A DNA stretch of 39,732 nt from Polymyxa betae A26-41 (GCA_003693705.1 RBZT01000987.1:1-39732); one strand, 5' to 3'. Numbered from the stretch's first letter, positions 12,272 through 25,204 are shown. Program-made: numbers and translations. The notes: generated by a model from the sequence alone, not told the origin.

Positions 12272-12603
12272 TTATTGTTTCTGAGCCAATTTTGCTGGAA
12301 GGCGATTTAGTTCACGATGGAATACAGCATAATCGAATCTGGTTAGATTCATCGGCTTTGGCTGCCACAGAATTTGTAATCAGCAACCATACAGAATAAC
12401 CTCTCAAATGCGTGAAATGATGAAACAAAGTGATAAAGCCAAATGAACTTAAAAGAAGGGAATCGAAGCCTTTTTATTGGGAGAATGTGATCAAACTTTA
12501 CCTTGCCATTGAATTGGGAGCGAATCAAAGCAGACGATCCGACAGAAAGCAATGTGAAAGAGCCGACAATGATACCCATAGGAAGCAACGATTGGAGAGG
12601 CAT
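12272..12603 (-). CDS. NDUFA1: NADH:ubiquinone oxidoreductase subunit NDUFA1 (MWFE)-like small membrane protein, 2 exons
   Basis: MPLQSLLPMGIIVGSFTLLSVGSSALIRSQFNGK|PKPMNLTRFDYAVFHRELNRLPAKLAQKQ*. It has one N-terminal TM helix and an NGK.P...D....R pattern typical of MWFE. Confidence 0.7.
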
Positions 12604-13044
12604 AGCTGGTGTGTTGGTGACGCTGACGACCAACGAAATTTAATTTGAAATATTGCGCCTCTGGGTGTTGATATTAAAGGTAAGGTACAGTTGTTATTAT
12701 ATCATATGCTTGGTTTGTTGAGACAGAGATGCACTGGCACTGGCTCCTTTAATTCACTTCACAAGTTTCACTCTGTGTCATTTGTAAATAGGATCTTCAA
12801 TTGAAATTTTTTCAGGTAGGGATTTAAGGTAAATAGAAAATGGCGATTGGTTGCAACTATATAAGATATTCTATCTGGTGAACTTGAAGAGCACAACTTT
12901 AAGAAAACTATATTTTGCTTTTGGAAAAATGTTCGGAGTCTAGGATAGATCGCCTCCCAAGACCTGAAAGTCATATCGCTTAGAGCGCATCGTAAAGTTG
13001 TGACCGACCCGCCGGGCTCACATCAATCCCTTTGTAGTTCAATC

Positions 13045-14733
13045 ATGTCTTATCAGCAGTTCATTGGCGGTCTGCTGGCAAAGGTTTGTCTGCAAGCCAT
13101 TGTAAAGACTGCTGTTTACTATTGTCTAGGTTCATGTATATCAACAGGCTGATTATGTCGAGAGGCATGTTGGTGCTGTATTACAGGTCTGTAAACAATG
13201 TGTTACTGCCTTTAGAGCTCGTTCAGTATTCATTTCATATTTTTTCATAGATAACATATTGGAGTCATGCTATTCTTTCTCTGATATATTTTTTAGTTCA
13301 ATCGAGCTCTAATGCCTGCGATTGATACCTTAACGTCGAATACCGGCATCGTTTCAAAACTTATCGTGCTTCGTGGGACTGTTCCAATTGAATATCGAGG
13401 GGGAAAGTATCATATCCCTGTTGATATCTGGCTACCCGATGCATATCCTCTGGAACCGCCCATCGTGTTTGTGACACCAACAGCGGAAATGAGAGTGAAA
13501 CCCAATCATCTTTCTGTTGATCAATCTGGTCATGCTCTTATCCCTTACATTCGTTTGTAAGCTTCGAGGCTCTTCTCTCGTTCGTCTTTGAAAAACACAT
13601 TGTTTAGATGGAACGCTACTAGCTCCACATTAGTAGAATTAACTTCGATGTTGAGTGTCGAGTTCAGCAACGATCCTCCTGTTTATCGGTACAATCCTAA
13701 GCAAGTACCGCCCGTTGGTAAGAAACAAATGTGGTTGGATTTGCTGTTGAAATTTCATCATGTTGAAAATAATTTATGCGGTTTTCATCTATCAGATTCT
13801 CATTAACTGTCTCTGTTTCAGCCATTGCTCAAGGGGAACAGTTTGTTCGTCAGCATGGAACGTTTTCAAGTCCTTCTCATACTTCTAATAACCAATCAGT
13901 AGTGGGCCAAGTATTATATAGCCATTGCCTCATCACAAGCCGTTTTTAAAACTTTAGGCAGGCGGAGCATCTGGTTCGAGAAAGACTCGTTACATTTGTG
14001 AAAGTTCACACCGATTATGTGAATGGACTTATAGCTCACCAGTTTGAACAAAAGAACGGGACAGAGGCGATCGGAAAAGGTATCGAAAAGACACAACATC
14101 AGAAGTCAGAAAATTGAATATATGATTGCCCTATCGCATGACTGAATGCTAATGCAGAGAATTATTGCAAAAGTATCTGATTGAGCTGAAATCAAAAATC
14201 GAAGAAGTGGAACTTTGGTGTCAAGAACATACTCCAGCTGAGCCGCCGTCATCTGAACAACTGGTCAGTTTAAGCGTTAATTTCAGTTGTCCCTTTTTGA
14301 GTATTGTGTATTGGATTTTCCTGGTTTGGTCTCTGAATGTAATCTAGATCGAAACTGTAGACAAGAATATTGTACCGGTTGATGCCTGGTCGAAACAAAT
14401 GTTTGAAGAAGCCGCCAATGTAAGAACAGTTGGTTCATGGTTTTAGACTAAAGTGATTGTAGGATTTTGCTATTGAGGATACGCTGTACGTTCTTGACAA
14501 AGCTTTGCAGGAGGATAGAATTGACCTCAGTGCCTATCTGAAAAAGGTCGGTTTGATTTTGTTCAGCATCTATTTTCTAGTTCCTGATTAGCTTCATTTA
14601 GGTACGATTGCTGGCCAGAGATCAATTCTTTGCAAGAGCTATATGCATCAAAGTCGAATCCAAACAAAAGGCTGTTCTAATGGATAGCCTCAGCCTCAAT
14701 GAGACGCCCAATGCAGATTCTATCCAATCATAA
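13045..14733 (+). CDS. TSG101: ESCRT-I subunit TSG101/Vps23 (UEV, coiled coil, steadiness box; multi-exon)
   Basis: UEV: LIVLRGTVPIEYRGGKYHIPVDIWLPDAYPLEPPIVFVTPT and FSNDPPVY. C-terminal SB: AIEDTLYVLDKALQEDRIDLSAYLKK|VRLLARDQFFARA. Confidence 0.95.
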
Positions 14734-14880
14734 AGTATTCCTCATTCGCACACTTTCTCTTCCTTCAGGTGTTTCACTGTTTTTATATATTCCTACGCCT
14801 CTCACCTCGATTGGTGTCAGCTGATCAAGAACGTAAAAGCGAAAGATAAGTGGCAAGAACAGATAGCGTATTTATAAAAC

Positions 14881-15769
14881 TTATTCGTCTTTCTTCGAAG
14901 CACGCCTTGCTTTCTTCGGCTTTCCTGCATCTTGACCCATCAAAGCCGATCGGGCTTCAGTAAAAGCAGAACCTAAAGACGGCTGTGCTGGTTTTGCCTG
15001 AAAGGAAAAGTGTGAAAACCCAACATACGAGCTAATCGGAATATTGCAAACTGACCCATGGCCGTTTCAATTGAGGATGCGTCGCAGGGGTTCTACCAAG
15101 AATGTGTAGATCAAATAGTGGTGATGTAGCTAGACCGAATAATGCCATGGTTGGACTAATGACAATAGGAACTACAGCAAAATAAGACAAACAGGATGAC
15201 TAATTCAGAATTTAAGAACCTAAATACCCCCACTTATAATGAATTCCCAACACCACCAAAGTCTGAATCGCCATTTTACGGGACTCGTCAACCCATTTCT
15301 TCAAATCGAATTCAATATGAGTCATAGAAATATCTTCATTTTGCTGATTGGTTCCATTCTGTGACAGGGAAATAAACTAAGAGTAAGTGGAATAAAAGAG
15401 GTACTGACATCTTCTCCTAAAAATTGAGTCATTGGATTAGGGGGTTCCAGTTCAGACTGCTTGATCTGCAAATCCCGACATCAGAAGCGAGAAATAACGG
15501 GGTGAGAGGTGATTACGTTAATGACAGTGTCCCCATTCTTTTGAGTGAAAATATTACGCCTGATAACGAACAGCAAAAAACAGATAACTGCAACGAGAGT
15601 AATGCCAGCGCCTAAAACAATCACGCATCAGGAATCGAGCCAGAACAGAGACATATTTAGGCTGACAGCGTAAATAGAATTTAACAGACGGATCTTCAGC
15701 ATCGAGCTGTCGAAGCAGAGTAACCAAGGCGATGGGCGCCAGGGTCCGAGGGAGCGCCATGGTATCCAT
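14881..15769 (-). CDS. PHO88: PHO88/SND3 family ER membrane protein (multi-exon)
   Basis: N-terminus: LVTLLRQLDAEDPSVKFYLR. C-terminus: LVVLGIHYKWGYL|VPIVISPTMALFGLATSPLFDLHILGRTPATHPQLKRPW|...RRASKKDE*. This matches the Pho88 pattern (D..DP; H.....P; H+.G.PA...LKRP) and ends in a dilysine-type ER signal. Confidence 0.85.
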
Positions 15770-16318
15770 GGGTCAAGCTTAGATAGACTCTGAAACTCGG
15801 GTTTGATCTGACGTCGACAGCTTTGATGTGATAGAGAGGCTCCAGAAACTGCGTCTCTAAACCCGATCTTTTATCTTACGGCCTGAATCCGTCTGTTGAT
15901 AAACAGACGCTTTCGCGGTAACAAATATTCTTCTATCTCGTTGAGGCAATACAATATGAATTCTGGTCACATTGCATCCCATCATATTGAATTTCGCTGC
16001 ATATTGCAGCATTTGCTTGGAAATCTGCACCGTATATTAGAAATCTCTTGCCGGGACTACCTTGCCACATTGTTGCCGAAATAGTTCTTGGTTGTTAAAA
16101 GCAGGCAGCGGCTTGTTCGATCCAATTTCCCAATTCTCAGCCTTTGGTAATGTTACATGTGATCAACCTACAGGCCCAGCCAGAGTCGGACTGGCCTCTA
16201 AACATAGTTGGGGCCGCGGGGCCATCCAGAGTGCAAACGAAGGGACCCGGTACCCCTTGACAGACCCCATCACCCCATTAGCAGCCCTTTTCGTGAATAT
16301 CACTCTCAGATAATCGAG

Positions 16319-17096
16319 ATGCGATTATATCAGGATCCAAGACCAGCAACTGTTAAGTTACGACATAATTCTCTGCCAAATCTGACAGAACCCGATGCCA
16401 AATGCCAGGTCTTGCCACCATCGCCTGGCGCCCCCAGTCTTGGAAAAGACGGCCGCTCCGGACGTTCGGGCAGATCGCGTCCCAAAGCTGTATTTGATAG
16501 CGATGACGACATGATCAAACCGACCCCAGAAGAGATGGAGTTGCTCCTCCAGCTACGCAAAGCGAAGTTAGATATGGCTCGGGCCGAATCTGAGTATCTA
16601 GCGACATTACTGGAATCGGAAAGAGGACGAAATAATCGCTCGATGAGTACTGGGTCTCATTCACGGCCAAGCTCACGGCCGCCTTTGAAGAAGATTATTG
16701 AAGAAGATAAATGTAAAGATCGAGTTGCAGAAGTCACATACGAATCTGCTAGCGAAGTTAGCTCGTATTCAACAACTGCTGAACAAGAACAGGTCCGATT
16801 TATCTGCGATTTCAAAGTCGTTGTATTGACATGATCAGATTGCCGGATTCGGATTGCATGAAAGGAATCCATTCAGGACAGATGGCGTGATAATCGATAG
16901 TGATGACGACTTCCTTGGTCATGCTGTACAGAGACGAGCTCCACCTCTCACTGCTCTATATGTTGATCCAGATGAGCGTAAAGGCAAAATTGTAATTATA
17001 ATGGATTGGTTCTAAAAATGTATTGATTTGTTGTGTTAGAGCAAGCTAAAAACACGATTCAAGCGATTGTTCCGGAAATCAACTGACTTTAATTGA
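16319..17096 (+). CDS. Hypothetical low-complexity protein with a short coiled coil (multi-exon; start uncertain)
   Basis: Long open frame (EEMELLLQLRKAKLDMARAESEYLATLLE) followed by GT-AG-bounded exons ending KLKTRFKRLFRKSTDFN*. Confidence 0.55.
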
Positions 17097-17339
17097 ACGG
17101 ATGCTTTTCTATTGAGAGTCTGGATATTTTGAAGCAATGAAACTAAGCAGCTATGAAATATGTCACATATTTCGGTGGTTAACCTTCGATGCATTACGCT
17201 TTTAAGGTGTCAGAAAATTACATTAATATATTTTATATATAATATTACCATATTGGTAAACCCATCACGTGTTAATTCACAAAACAAGCTGACGCATGGT
17301 CGACTATATTTCAGTAGATATCTTTACAAGAAATATTTA

Positions 17340-18233
17340 TTAGACATGGATAAGTTCAGAAATGGGGTTCGTATCAATACACCATTGTACTTGTTCATCA
17401 GCCATATCTTCATCTTCAGAAACATGTTCAAGTTTGTTTAAGGCTTCCATACATTCCTCATTATCTCTAAAACATGCATTCAGACCTGCCTTAATTTGGT
17501 CTCGGAGCTCATTGCAGCCGTCATCTGGAAGCATCTGCAAGAATCTGATTCGGAATCTCCAATCATTTTTGACAGCTTCACACGCACGACGATACAAGAG
17601 GAGAGGAATTTCCATTTTCACATCCAGATCTCGACATGATATTTTAGCACGTTCAATCAGATGTCTGACATATTGTAGTTCCATTTTGAAAAAAGCCAAC
17701 CAGATCATTTGACATTTCGGCAGCATTCGTAACGCCCTTTGCATTAGCACGCGAGCAGCATCAATGCTATTATTGACATCAAACTCGAACGCCATGGCTT
17801 TAATCCATAGCTCAGGTCGAAGAGGATGGAGTTGGAGAGCTTTAGCGATAACATTGGACAGGGCTTTTCTAGCTCCAATATGTCGAGCATAATCCAAGAA
17901 TGCAGCCCAAAGGTGATGATCACCAGAGAATTTCCCAACCAAGCGTTGGTAAATACCAAATTCTCGGCGTCGAATAGAGGACAGTAAATGATCCGAGTTC
18001 TTCAGTTTCAAACGAGAGATTCGTAATTCAACAAGATTGTAGAGATTGGTCTCGTATTGAATAGCTCGCTGGAAATCGGTCACAATCGGAGCTCGACGAT
18101 GAAGTTTATATTCAAAATCGCGACGCCGATTGATAATAGATCGAAGTTCGGGTTCAGAAAGTACCTCGTGCTGACGTAAAACGTCTAGACCGTTTAGATC
18201 TCGTTCGAGAACCCGATCAACCCGATCAGCCAT
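17340..18233 (-). CDS. UTP6: U3 snoRNA-associated protein 6 (HAT repeats), intronless, 297 aa
   Basis: MADRVDRVLER...ELRSIINRRRDFEYKLHRR...FQRAIQYETNL, plus HAT repeats (LWAAFLDY, KALQLHPLRPELWI, AARVLMQRALR, IWLAFFKMEL). Confidence 0.92.
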   Translation of the reverse strand: MADRVDRVLERDLNGLDVLRQHEVLSEPELRSIINRRRDFEYKLHRRAPIVTDFQRAIQYETNLYNLVELRISRLKLKNSDHLLSSIRRREFGIYQRLVGKFSGDHHLWAAFLDYARHIGARKALSNVIAKALQLHPLRPELWIKAMAFEFDVNNSIDAARVLMQRALRMLPKCQMIWLAFFKMELQYVRHLIERAKISCRDLDVKMEIPLLLYRRACEAVKNDWRFRIRFLQMLPDDGCNELRDQIKAGLNACFRDNEECMEALNKLEHVSEDEDMADEQVQWCIDTNPISELIHV

Positions 18234-18360
18234 AATGCAACGACGATTTTAGTTGGGGCTGATTGCCATCAAGTAGTTCTCCCGGATTGCGTCACGGAGT
18301 CCGATTTTCTGCAAATTAAACGGTGCGGACTACCGGTCAATTTTGAGTGTTTTTTTGTTC

Positions 18361-19792
18361 ATGAACGAAAACGATGCATCAAACGCCCTTTAATTTGTCA
18401 GCCTGTGCTCTTTGACTAATTCAGATGCCAAACGCGCCAATAACGTATCACAAAGGATGAAACAATGCAACGCAAGAAGAAGAATTTTGTCGGTACATTG
18501 AATTGGATTGTTAAGGAACCATTCAGCAATGGGAACATTGGAATTTATGGTCAATTATATATTGGAATTTATCATTAAACCTTTGTTGATGAGGCGCTAC
18601 ATCATTTTATTAAATCCATTCCAATCAATTGCTCGTCAAATCTGCTTCCAGTTTTTTTATCTCCAACGATTACATCACTGAATGTCTACGTCTTTTGTGT
18701 CAGCTGATGCTGTTTTGCTTTTATTCGTCGGATCTAATTCATTCACGATCTAAATTTTTTGGGATTTCAGTTTCGTCAACTGAAGCTATCGAAAGTTGTA
18801 TATTCTATTTCCATCTTCCTCTTAACTTGCTTGATGAACGTGTTATCGGATATCCTCTGTCGTATCCGATATCTTTTATGATTCAGAACACGTTGTTTCC
18901 GCACGTTCAGATGCCGGTCTCTGTCGATCAATATATCCAGAAGGCTTCTCATCTATCGCTTCTCATTAGTGGGATTGTGTGACTTATTTTTCAGTGATTA
19001 ATTACCTGACTGGATTCATTTGTTATAATCATCATCAGCTCATCATCTCATTATTTCTCCTTGGCATCACCTGCATATCATACGTATTGCACCTTTTGTC
19101 GAATCTGTTGCATTATTATGGCTTCGTACCCATTTGTATGAGAATAGTGCTGCTTTCCGAAATGAGCTCGGCTGTTTATTAGTGACATTGTCGTTTGGGA
19201 AGATCTTGATTATTTTCCGCTTCTATTTGATGATTGGAAGTACCATTATCATTGCGAATGAAACTGTGTACGTATATTTGCTTGATGTTGAAGGATCATT
19301 TTTCGTTTGTTTGCGACCTTTCCTATGCTGTCCGTTGGTAGCGAGTCCTGTGTCAATGAAACGAATCGATTTGAGAAAAGATCTGATGTCTTACTCTTTA
19401 CATGTGAAGTTCATAATAAAAACATGGTATGTACGCTTGATTTTAGCAGATCTGTATGTAAGCAGAAGTGCTCTTAACAGCGATTGGGTTGTAAGAATCT
19501 GTGACATTGACGAACATTGTGTATTGATGAAGATAACTGATTGAATAACAAGATGGTTTAAAGATAGCGATGAACCAAGTCATGTCCAATTTTGCTATGG
19601 GGGTAATGGCCACTCAATTCGCATTCAAATATGCTCGGGAGCCTTTCCAAAATGTAGATGAGAGATTTAAGCTGCTGTGCACGACGTTTCTAATATTGTA
19701 TCAAGCCGAATTCAGTTTTTGAGCAGGATGGTCCATTGAATGCTGTTGAATATATCAGCATGACGAATAGGCAGCATTTTCACCAAATATGA
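18361..19792 (+). CDS. Probable multi-exon hypothetical gene
   Basis: A chain of overlapping plus-strand ORFs with GT/AG-bounded, T-rich gaps, divergent from UTP6. No recognisable domain; exon structure not resolved. Confidence 0.3.
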
Positions 19793-20002
19793 TGTCCCAT
19801 ATCACATTGTCCAGCCTTGAAATTATTGTTGAACCAGAAATTACCATCTGCACTCAGCTTTTCCAACAATCAAACTGTAAAAATACATTACTGTGAGAAT
19901 CTCATTCACCAGAGAAACCCTGCGAGTCCCGAAATGCATACATACAATGCAGTAATTTAGAAGCAACATTTGCGGTTATGTATTCTTCATTTCTGTACAC
20001 AC

Positions 20003-21724
20003 TTAAAATACAGGTGCCTGCTGCGAAGTTAAATCTTTAGACTTTCGAGAAGTTCGATCTGAATGAAGGTCTGAAGGAGCAACATGTTCACCTGTTGCCC
20101 TGTTGATATTCTTGAATACAGATAATGCCTGTGCCACCATACTTCCGGCATCGTCTACCAACGCAGAGGTCAGAATCAAACACAGCAATCGATATCCGGC
20201 GTACTGGCGTTGGCAGGTAATAGCATAGTTGTGCTCTCTTTTGCCAGTTTGCTAAAAGCGGAGACATACTGCTCTGCAACACGTAAAACAGCAGCGTCTA
20301 CAGGTTATTGCATTAAATAAAAAGAAAATACCAAACTAACTACAACCCCCAACCTTTGCCACCGGATTCAGATACAGAAGCCGCGACCTACAAGAAGATA
20401 TTCAGATGACACAGACAGATTTTCCGAATTTGCTGCTGACCTTTTTCAATCCCACAGCAGTCGCCTCTGCACGAGCCAAGATCGCAGTAGCTTCACTAAA
20501 TGCACCGTTATTTCAAATTGTATGGTAAAGCAGAAATATACCCTTCAGCTTGCAGAATAGTTGCCTACTGAGAATGTGAGCAATTGCAATTCGAAAAGAA
20601 AAATGCATTACCTGTTTGAGACCATTGGCCTCATTGATAGCCGATTGTTGTTGACCTTCACTATCAAGAATCATAGCCCTCTGCATGGGAATCAGATAAA
20701 CGTTTCAATCGAGCTCAACTCATCGTCAAACCTTTTTGCGTTCAGCTTCAGCTTGACGATCCCTAAGCGTAGTAATGGTTCAGTTATCACATCAGCCACC
20801 CTATAAGACTTACATTGCAGATTTAACTGAAGCAGGAGGAGTAATGTCGCGGATCTCATATCGTAAGGCACAGATGCCCCAGGAAGCGGCAGCTACATTG
20901 ACAGCTTTAACCTGGCCAGACAATGTAAAAAGAGCAAAAGATTAGTAGATCAATATATACAATATTGGCATTCAAATGCTCCCTTTCAGAGAATACATTA
21001 TCAAGAGTAATCTTTCCCAGTTCACTACGCATCTGTGTCAAATCAGCACCGAAGACAAAGGAGAAGAAACGAAATACTGTTGTTTGAGCAAGGTTCGTTA
21101 ATGCATTAGTCGGATCTGCGACACCATAAGATGCTTTAACCGGATCAGTAATTTTCATGTATAAAACCTGCCCGAGGTCAGTTCAAAATCACACTCAAGA
21201 ACGTGGACGGACACCATCAATGTCTATGGTAACCCCTTCTTTGGTAATGGCAGTTTGATGGCCAACACGATGGGCCTCTTCCTATTAACCTGAATCAAAC
21301 AATCCAAAAAGAGAGATAACTACCCACTTTGAGAGAATGTATATAAGCGATACGATCAACGAATGGTATCAAGAAATGTAAACCTATTAGAATTGCATTG
21401 GTTGATATTTGACCAAATGGACAAATTTACCGGAGCTCAGAACACGTTGGAATTTTCCGAATCGCTCGATAACCCACGATTGTTGTTGTGGAACTACAGC
21501 AACTCCCTGCAACAATCACGTTTTGAAAATACTGAAAACAGATGTACCCAGTTGAAAGGAGTTGAGGTATAACTCTGCATTGGCTGCTGATCATCAGAAA
21601 AATATGATGTAGTAGAATATCTGGCAGTAAATGCGACAGGATTGGCATTGATCGTAACTGCTGATAGCAAGGAATTTGAAGGACGTGATTTCAAGAAGAT
21701 TCTGCTAGTTGCATATCTGATCAT
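20003..21724 (-). CDS. STOML2: Stomatin-like protein 2 (SPFH/band 7, mitochondrial; multi-exon)
   Basis: Basic/hydroxylated presequence MIRYATSRIFLKSRPS. Motifs: VVVPQQQSWVIERFGKF, DPVKASYGVADP..ALTNLAQTT|MRSELGKITLDNVFSEREHLN, WGICALRYEIRDITPP, C-terminal SMVAQALSVF. Confidence 0.93.
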
Positions 21725-21924
21725 GATGGATCTGATAAACAGAAGGATGCCAGATGATATCAATGACGTGAGAGGAGGCCTCGCTCACACTCAAATTTCA
21801 CATCGCACTAAATCTTCTGTTCTCCAGAGATGCTCCATTTTTTGATTAATTTTTTGGTAGACAGCTATACATAATATCTATGTAATAGCAACAATACATG
21901 GTGATATCAATTCTAGAATTCTCG

Positions 21925-22330
21925 ATGTCGATGGACATATTCATGAAGCCCGAAGTACAAGGGAAAGTTGGTTGCCATTTTCTTGAAGACAACATTGGCA
22001 GTCAATGAACAAAATCGCAACGAGGAACGCCCTTCCGATTGCAGAAGTCACGACTTTCTGCTTCAGTCTTATTGTCATAAGCCAGTGTCGACCCTAACGC
22101 TTCAAGACGGCCGAACGATCAATTCCAGTATTCCACAGATTCTCTGACAGAACTCATTCGTGCATTAAGTTGAGCCTGTTGTAATCCTGCATCGCCTTCG
22201 GAAACGGAGAGCATAATTTATCAGAGCATCCGTATGCAGGATTCCCATAGATAAAGGTCTATTGAAGTCTCCGTCCAATCTAAGCCAAATCACGATTCCA
22301 CTCATGGAAAATATGGTTAAATGAATATTG
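21925..22330 (-). pseudogene. Degenerate PIF/Harbinger (DDE_Tnp_4) transposase, C-terminal fragment
   Basis: Across frameshifts: FIYGNPAYGCSDKLCSPFP / QLNARMSSVRESVE / KQKVVTSAIGRAFLVAILFIDCQCCLQENGNQLS / LYFGL. Compare the Harbinger nuclease consensus YGDPAY..L..PF, FN..MS.VR..VEW.FG, VA.L.TNC..C...NQ.S.YF. Confidence 0.8.
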
Positions 22331-22664
22331 AAAACAACCGAGTTCATGTTGGCGCTTTAACACGTACACCAAGTGAATAAATGATCATTTGGAGGACAAA
22401 CTCGTTGCAATGCCCACGTTTCCATTTGTTTAATAGAACCTACAGTAAGTTGCTTCAAAGTATCACCAAACGTCAAGTAAACTTTAAAATGGGATCATTT
22501 CATATCTGTCAGCATTATAAAATGCGAAGCACGGCGCATGCATACATGAAATGTATCAAATATCAAGTGCCTAGACATAATTTGATACGTTGTCAATGAA
22601 AATCGAGTTACGTTGGGGTAAATGCTATCCACTATGTAACTTGTATTAATGTATCCGAAATCAT

Positions 22665-24881
22665 TCACAGAACCTGAAGTTCTTTCAGAACTTCTGCCTG
22701 TTGATTCCTTCTCTGCAATTCTTTCATCATCTCACGATGCTGGAGAGAGAAACAGAACCTGAAGCAAACCAAAGATTCAAATTGAAGCTTTACAGGATAA
22801 CCCCACTCCAAACTCAACCTGGTAAATGTATCAGATTCCATTAATTTAAAGATCGCCTCTTGTGCCGAATCATAAACTGAGTGTAATGCAAGTTGCCGAT
22901 TATCATGCGTTAATGGCCCTGCTATATCGATGAAATCAAAATCGAAAACATGATAAAGATATGCGATAAGACCTGTAGCTAAACTTAAACTCGCAGATGC
23001 TACCCCTTGAGTCCGTTTTCTTGGAAGCTGTCGCAGAGAAATCAGTCTAGATCAACAAATATTATTTCTCAATACTTGAGTCACTGATTGTGAAACCCAG
23101 CCTGAAGCCGAAGGAGCTGGTTTCAAACTTTCGACTTCTCTCAATGAAAATGGTGTATATTGCTGAGTCGAACATCGTGCATCCTACAATATGGGTCAGG
23201 GTCTTCCTCTCGGCATCATTTTTGAAATCTTACTTGTGATTCTTTTAAAGTTATAACCCCAGCTGCAACCAAGGATTTCAAAGTTCCTCTCAATATTTCA
23301 GATGAAAGATTAATTTCCAAAGGTGCATCGCGGGCAATATATTTCTGATAAAGCAGAGAAGCTTGGGCGACAGCTTGTTCTGGGTTATTTTCCTCTTCAG
23401 GTGGATCAGTGGAGCATCATGAAAGCAGATATCCCTCTTACTGAGAACAGTTTTTCGATATTGTTCAACTGCCTCCCAAAACAACAAATTTTCTGCAGCG
23501 AATTCCTGATGACATTTAGATGAGCAAATGCAACTGGGAGAGTTAAATCATACCGAAACACAGAATTTCCGAAACGCTTCGATTCCGAAGTCGCAATACA
23601 AGACATCACCAAGCGTATCGAGCTTATAGATGGTAACGACAGAGGGAATCTGTTCGAGTGGCGATGAATTGATCACACAAGACCTATTCCGACTAGCAGG
23701 GGCTTGGTTCATATATCTTTTATCGTTGAGGATATATGATCGATGCAAAGGCCAGATAGTTCCTGAGAACCGCTGAGATAAATTCAAAATACGTGAAGTG
23801 TTAATTTACCAGCACAAACAGCAATCACGATTGCAAGCAGCAAAGCCAACGTGCTCATAGGGAATACACGTTCATTGAAAAGTTTCAGCGCATGAACTGA
23901 GTTGAACACAGTCCACGTTGAAAGGGCCAACAAGCCTGCAAACCCGACAATCTTGAGCTCTCTCTGCAGTTCGCATTATCGCAATGAATAATAGAATTCG
24001 CATTTGTACCTTAATCCCAAAACCATCGAATACATCTTGCAACTTGAATGCAAACCTTCAAAATCGTTAAGAACGTTGTATAAATGGTCATGGCCAACCT
24101 ACCAAAGAAAAAGGCCAATGTAGGCACCAAAATAAGCGGACAAGAAGTAATCAGCTAAGCCACGATTACAATATCCAGTTCCAGTCAGTAATCCAGGAAC
24201 CGTAAACGTAGCGAATGTTGGGAAGATTAAAAGAGGCATTGAAGCAATTGCGATCTGAAATTGGCACGTCACCATGAAGGGATTATACAGGAGATATAGG
24301 CTACCCGTTTGATCAGAAACTTAGTAGACAGGCGAGTACGAATTGTTGCTAAGACTTGACTAGCAGCTTGGTGCAATCTGTGCATTTGTGAGTTTTGGAA
24401 GACATATTATCTAATTGCTAGCAAACCGTTCTTGGGTGCCCATATACGCTGTATATAACATCCATGCTCGAACAGCATAAATATTTCCTAAATTGAGTTT
24501 TACGATAAAACAACGCGGAATGACAATAGCCCTTGCCGATCAAAATGATGCCGAGATAACCTTGCCAAAGATTAATAATGCAAGGATATGTTTCCCAGAA
24601 GATACGTTGCAGGCATAATGTTAGCTGCAAGTAGTTAACAAAAGCGACTCATCTTGGTGGCAGGAATTACCACGAAAATAATGAATACTACATTCCCGAA
24701 AACAAGTTGAACAGGACTTCGTGCCTTGATTGGCCTAGCGAAATAGGAACAATCCGACTATGTCTCACAAGTAAAACGCTTACTGTAAATGTCGGCGGGC
24801 CCAGAACCAAATCGTGACAATGATAGCGATGGGAAGGAACAAAAACAACAGGATTAAAAAAAAGTAGGCAACGCCATCCAT
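22665..24881 (-). CDS. 7TM-RGS protein (multi-pass N-terminus fused to a regulator of G-protein signalling domain; multi-exon)
   Basis: MDGVAYFFLILLFLFLPIAIIVTIWFWARRHLQ|PIKARSPVQLVF... followed by several further hydrophobic exons. RGS box: LGDVLYCDFGIEAFRKFCVS|EFAAENLLFWEAVEQYRK..YQKYIARDAPLEINL...VYDSAQEAIFKLMESDTFTR|F. The TM count was not formally computed. Confidence 0.87.
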
Positions 24882-25204
24882 TTATCGGATGAGCGTCCAG
24901 GTTTCGATTTAGGGCTAGATCTTGGATTCATGGGTACCACTCCTGGGTTAACGATCAAGAAACACAATAAAATCTACAAGCATTTGAATTTATGATTGAG
25001 TTTGAACCAAGAAAAAGCAGTATGATGCCTGAAACAACGAAACGTATTGATTATGTTACTGAGCTGAACTTGATGGACACTGTTTGCGCATGATTGGTAT
25101 TGAATAGGGAAGATCTGCCGTCTGGGGCCTCCTCCATTCCAAACAGGAGCGCAGCCTCCTCCTATCATTTCTGTTGTGTCATTTCAAAGATAGTAATACG
25201 TATC

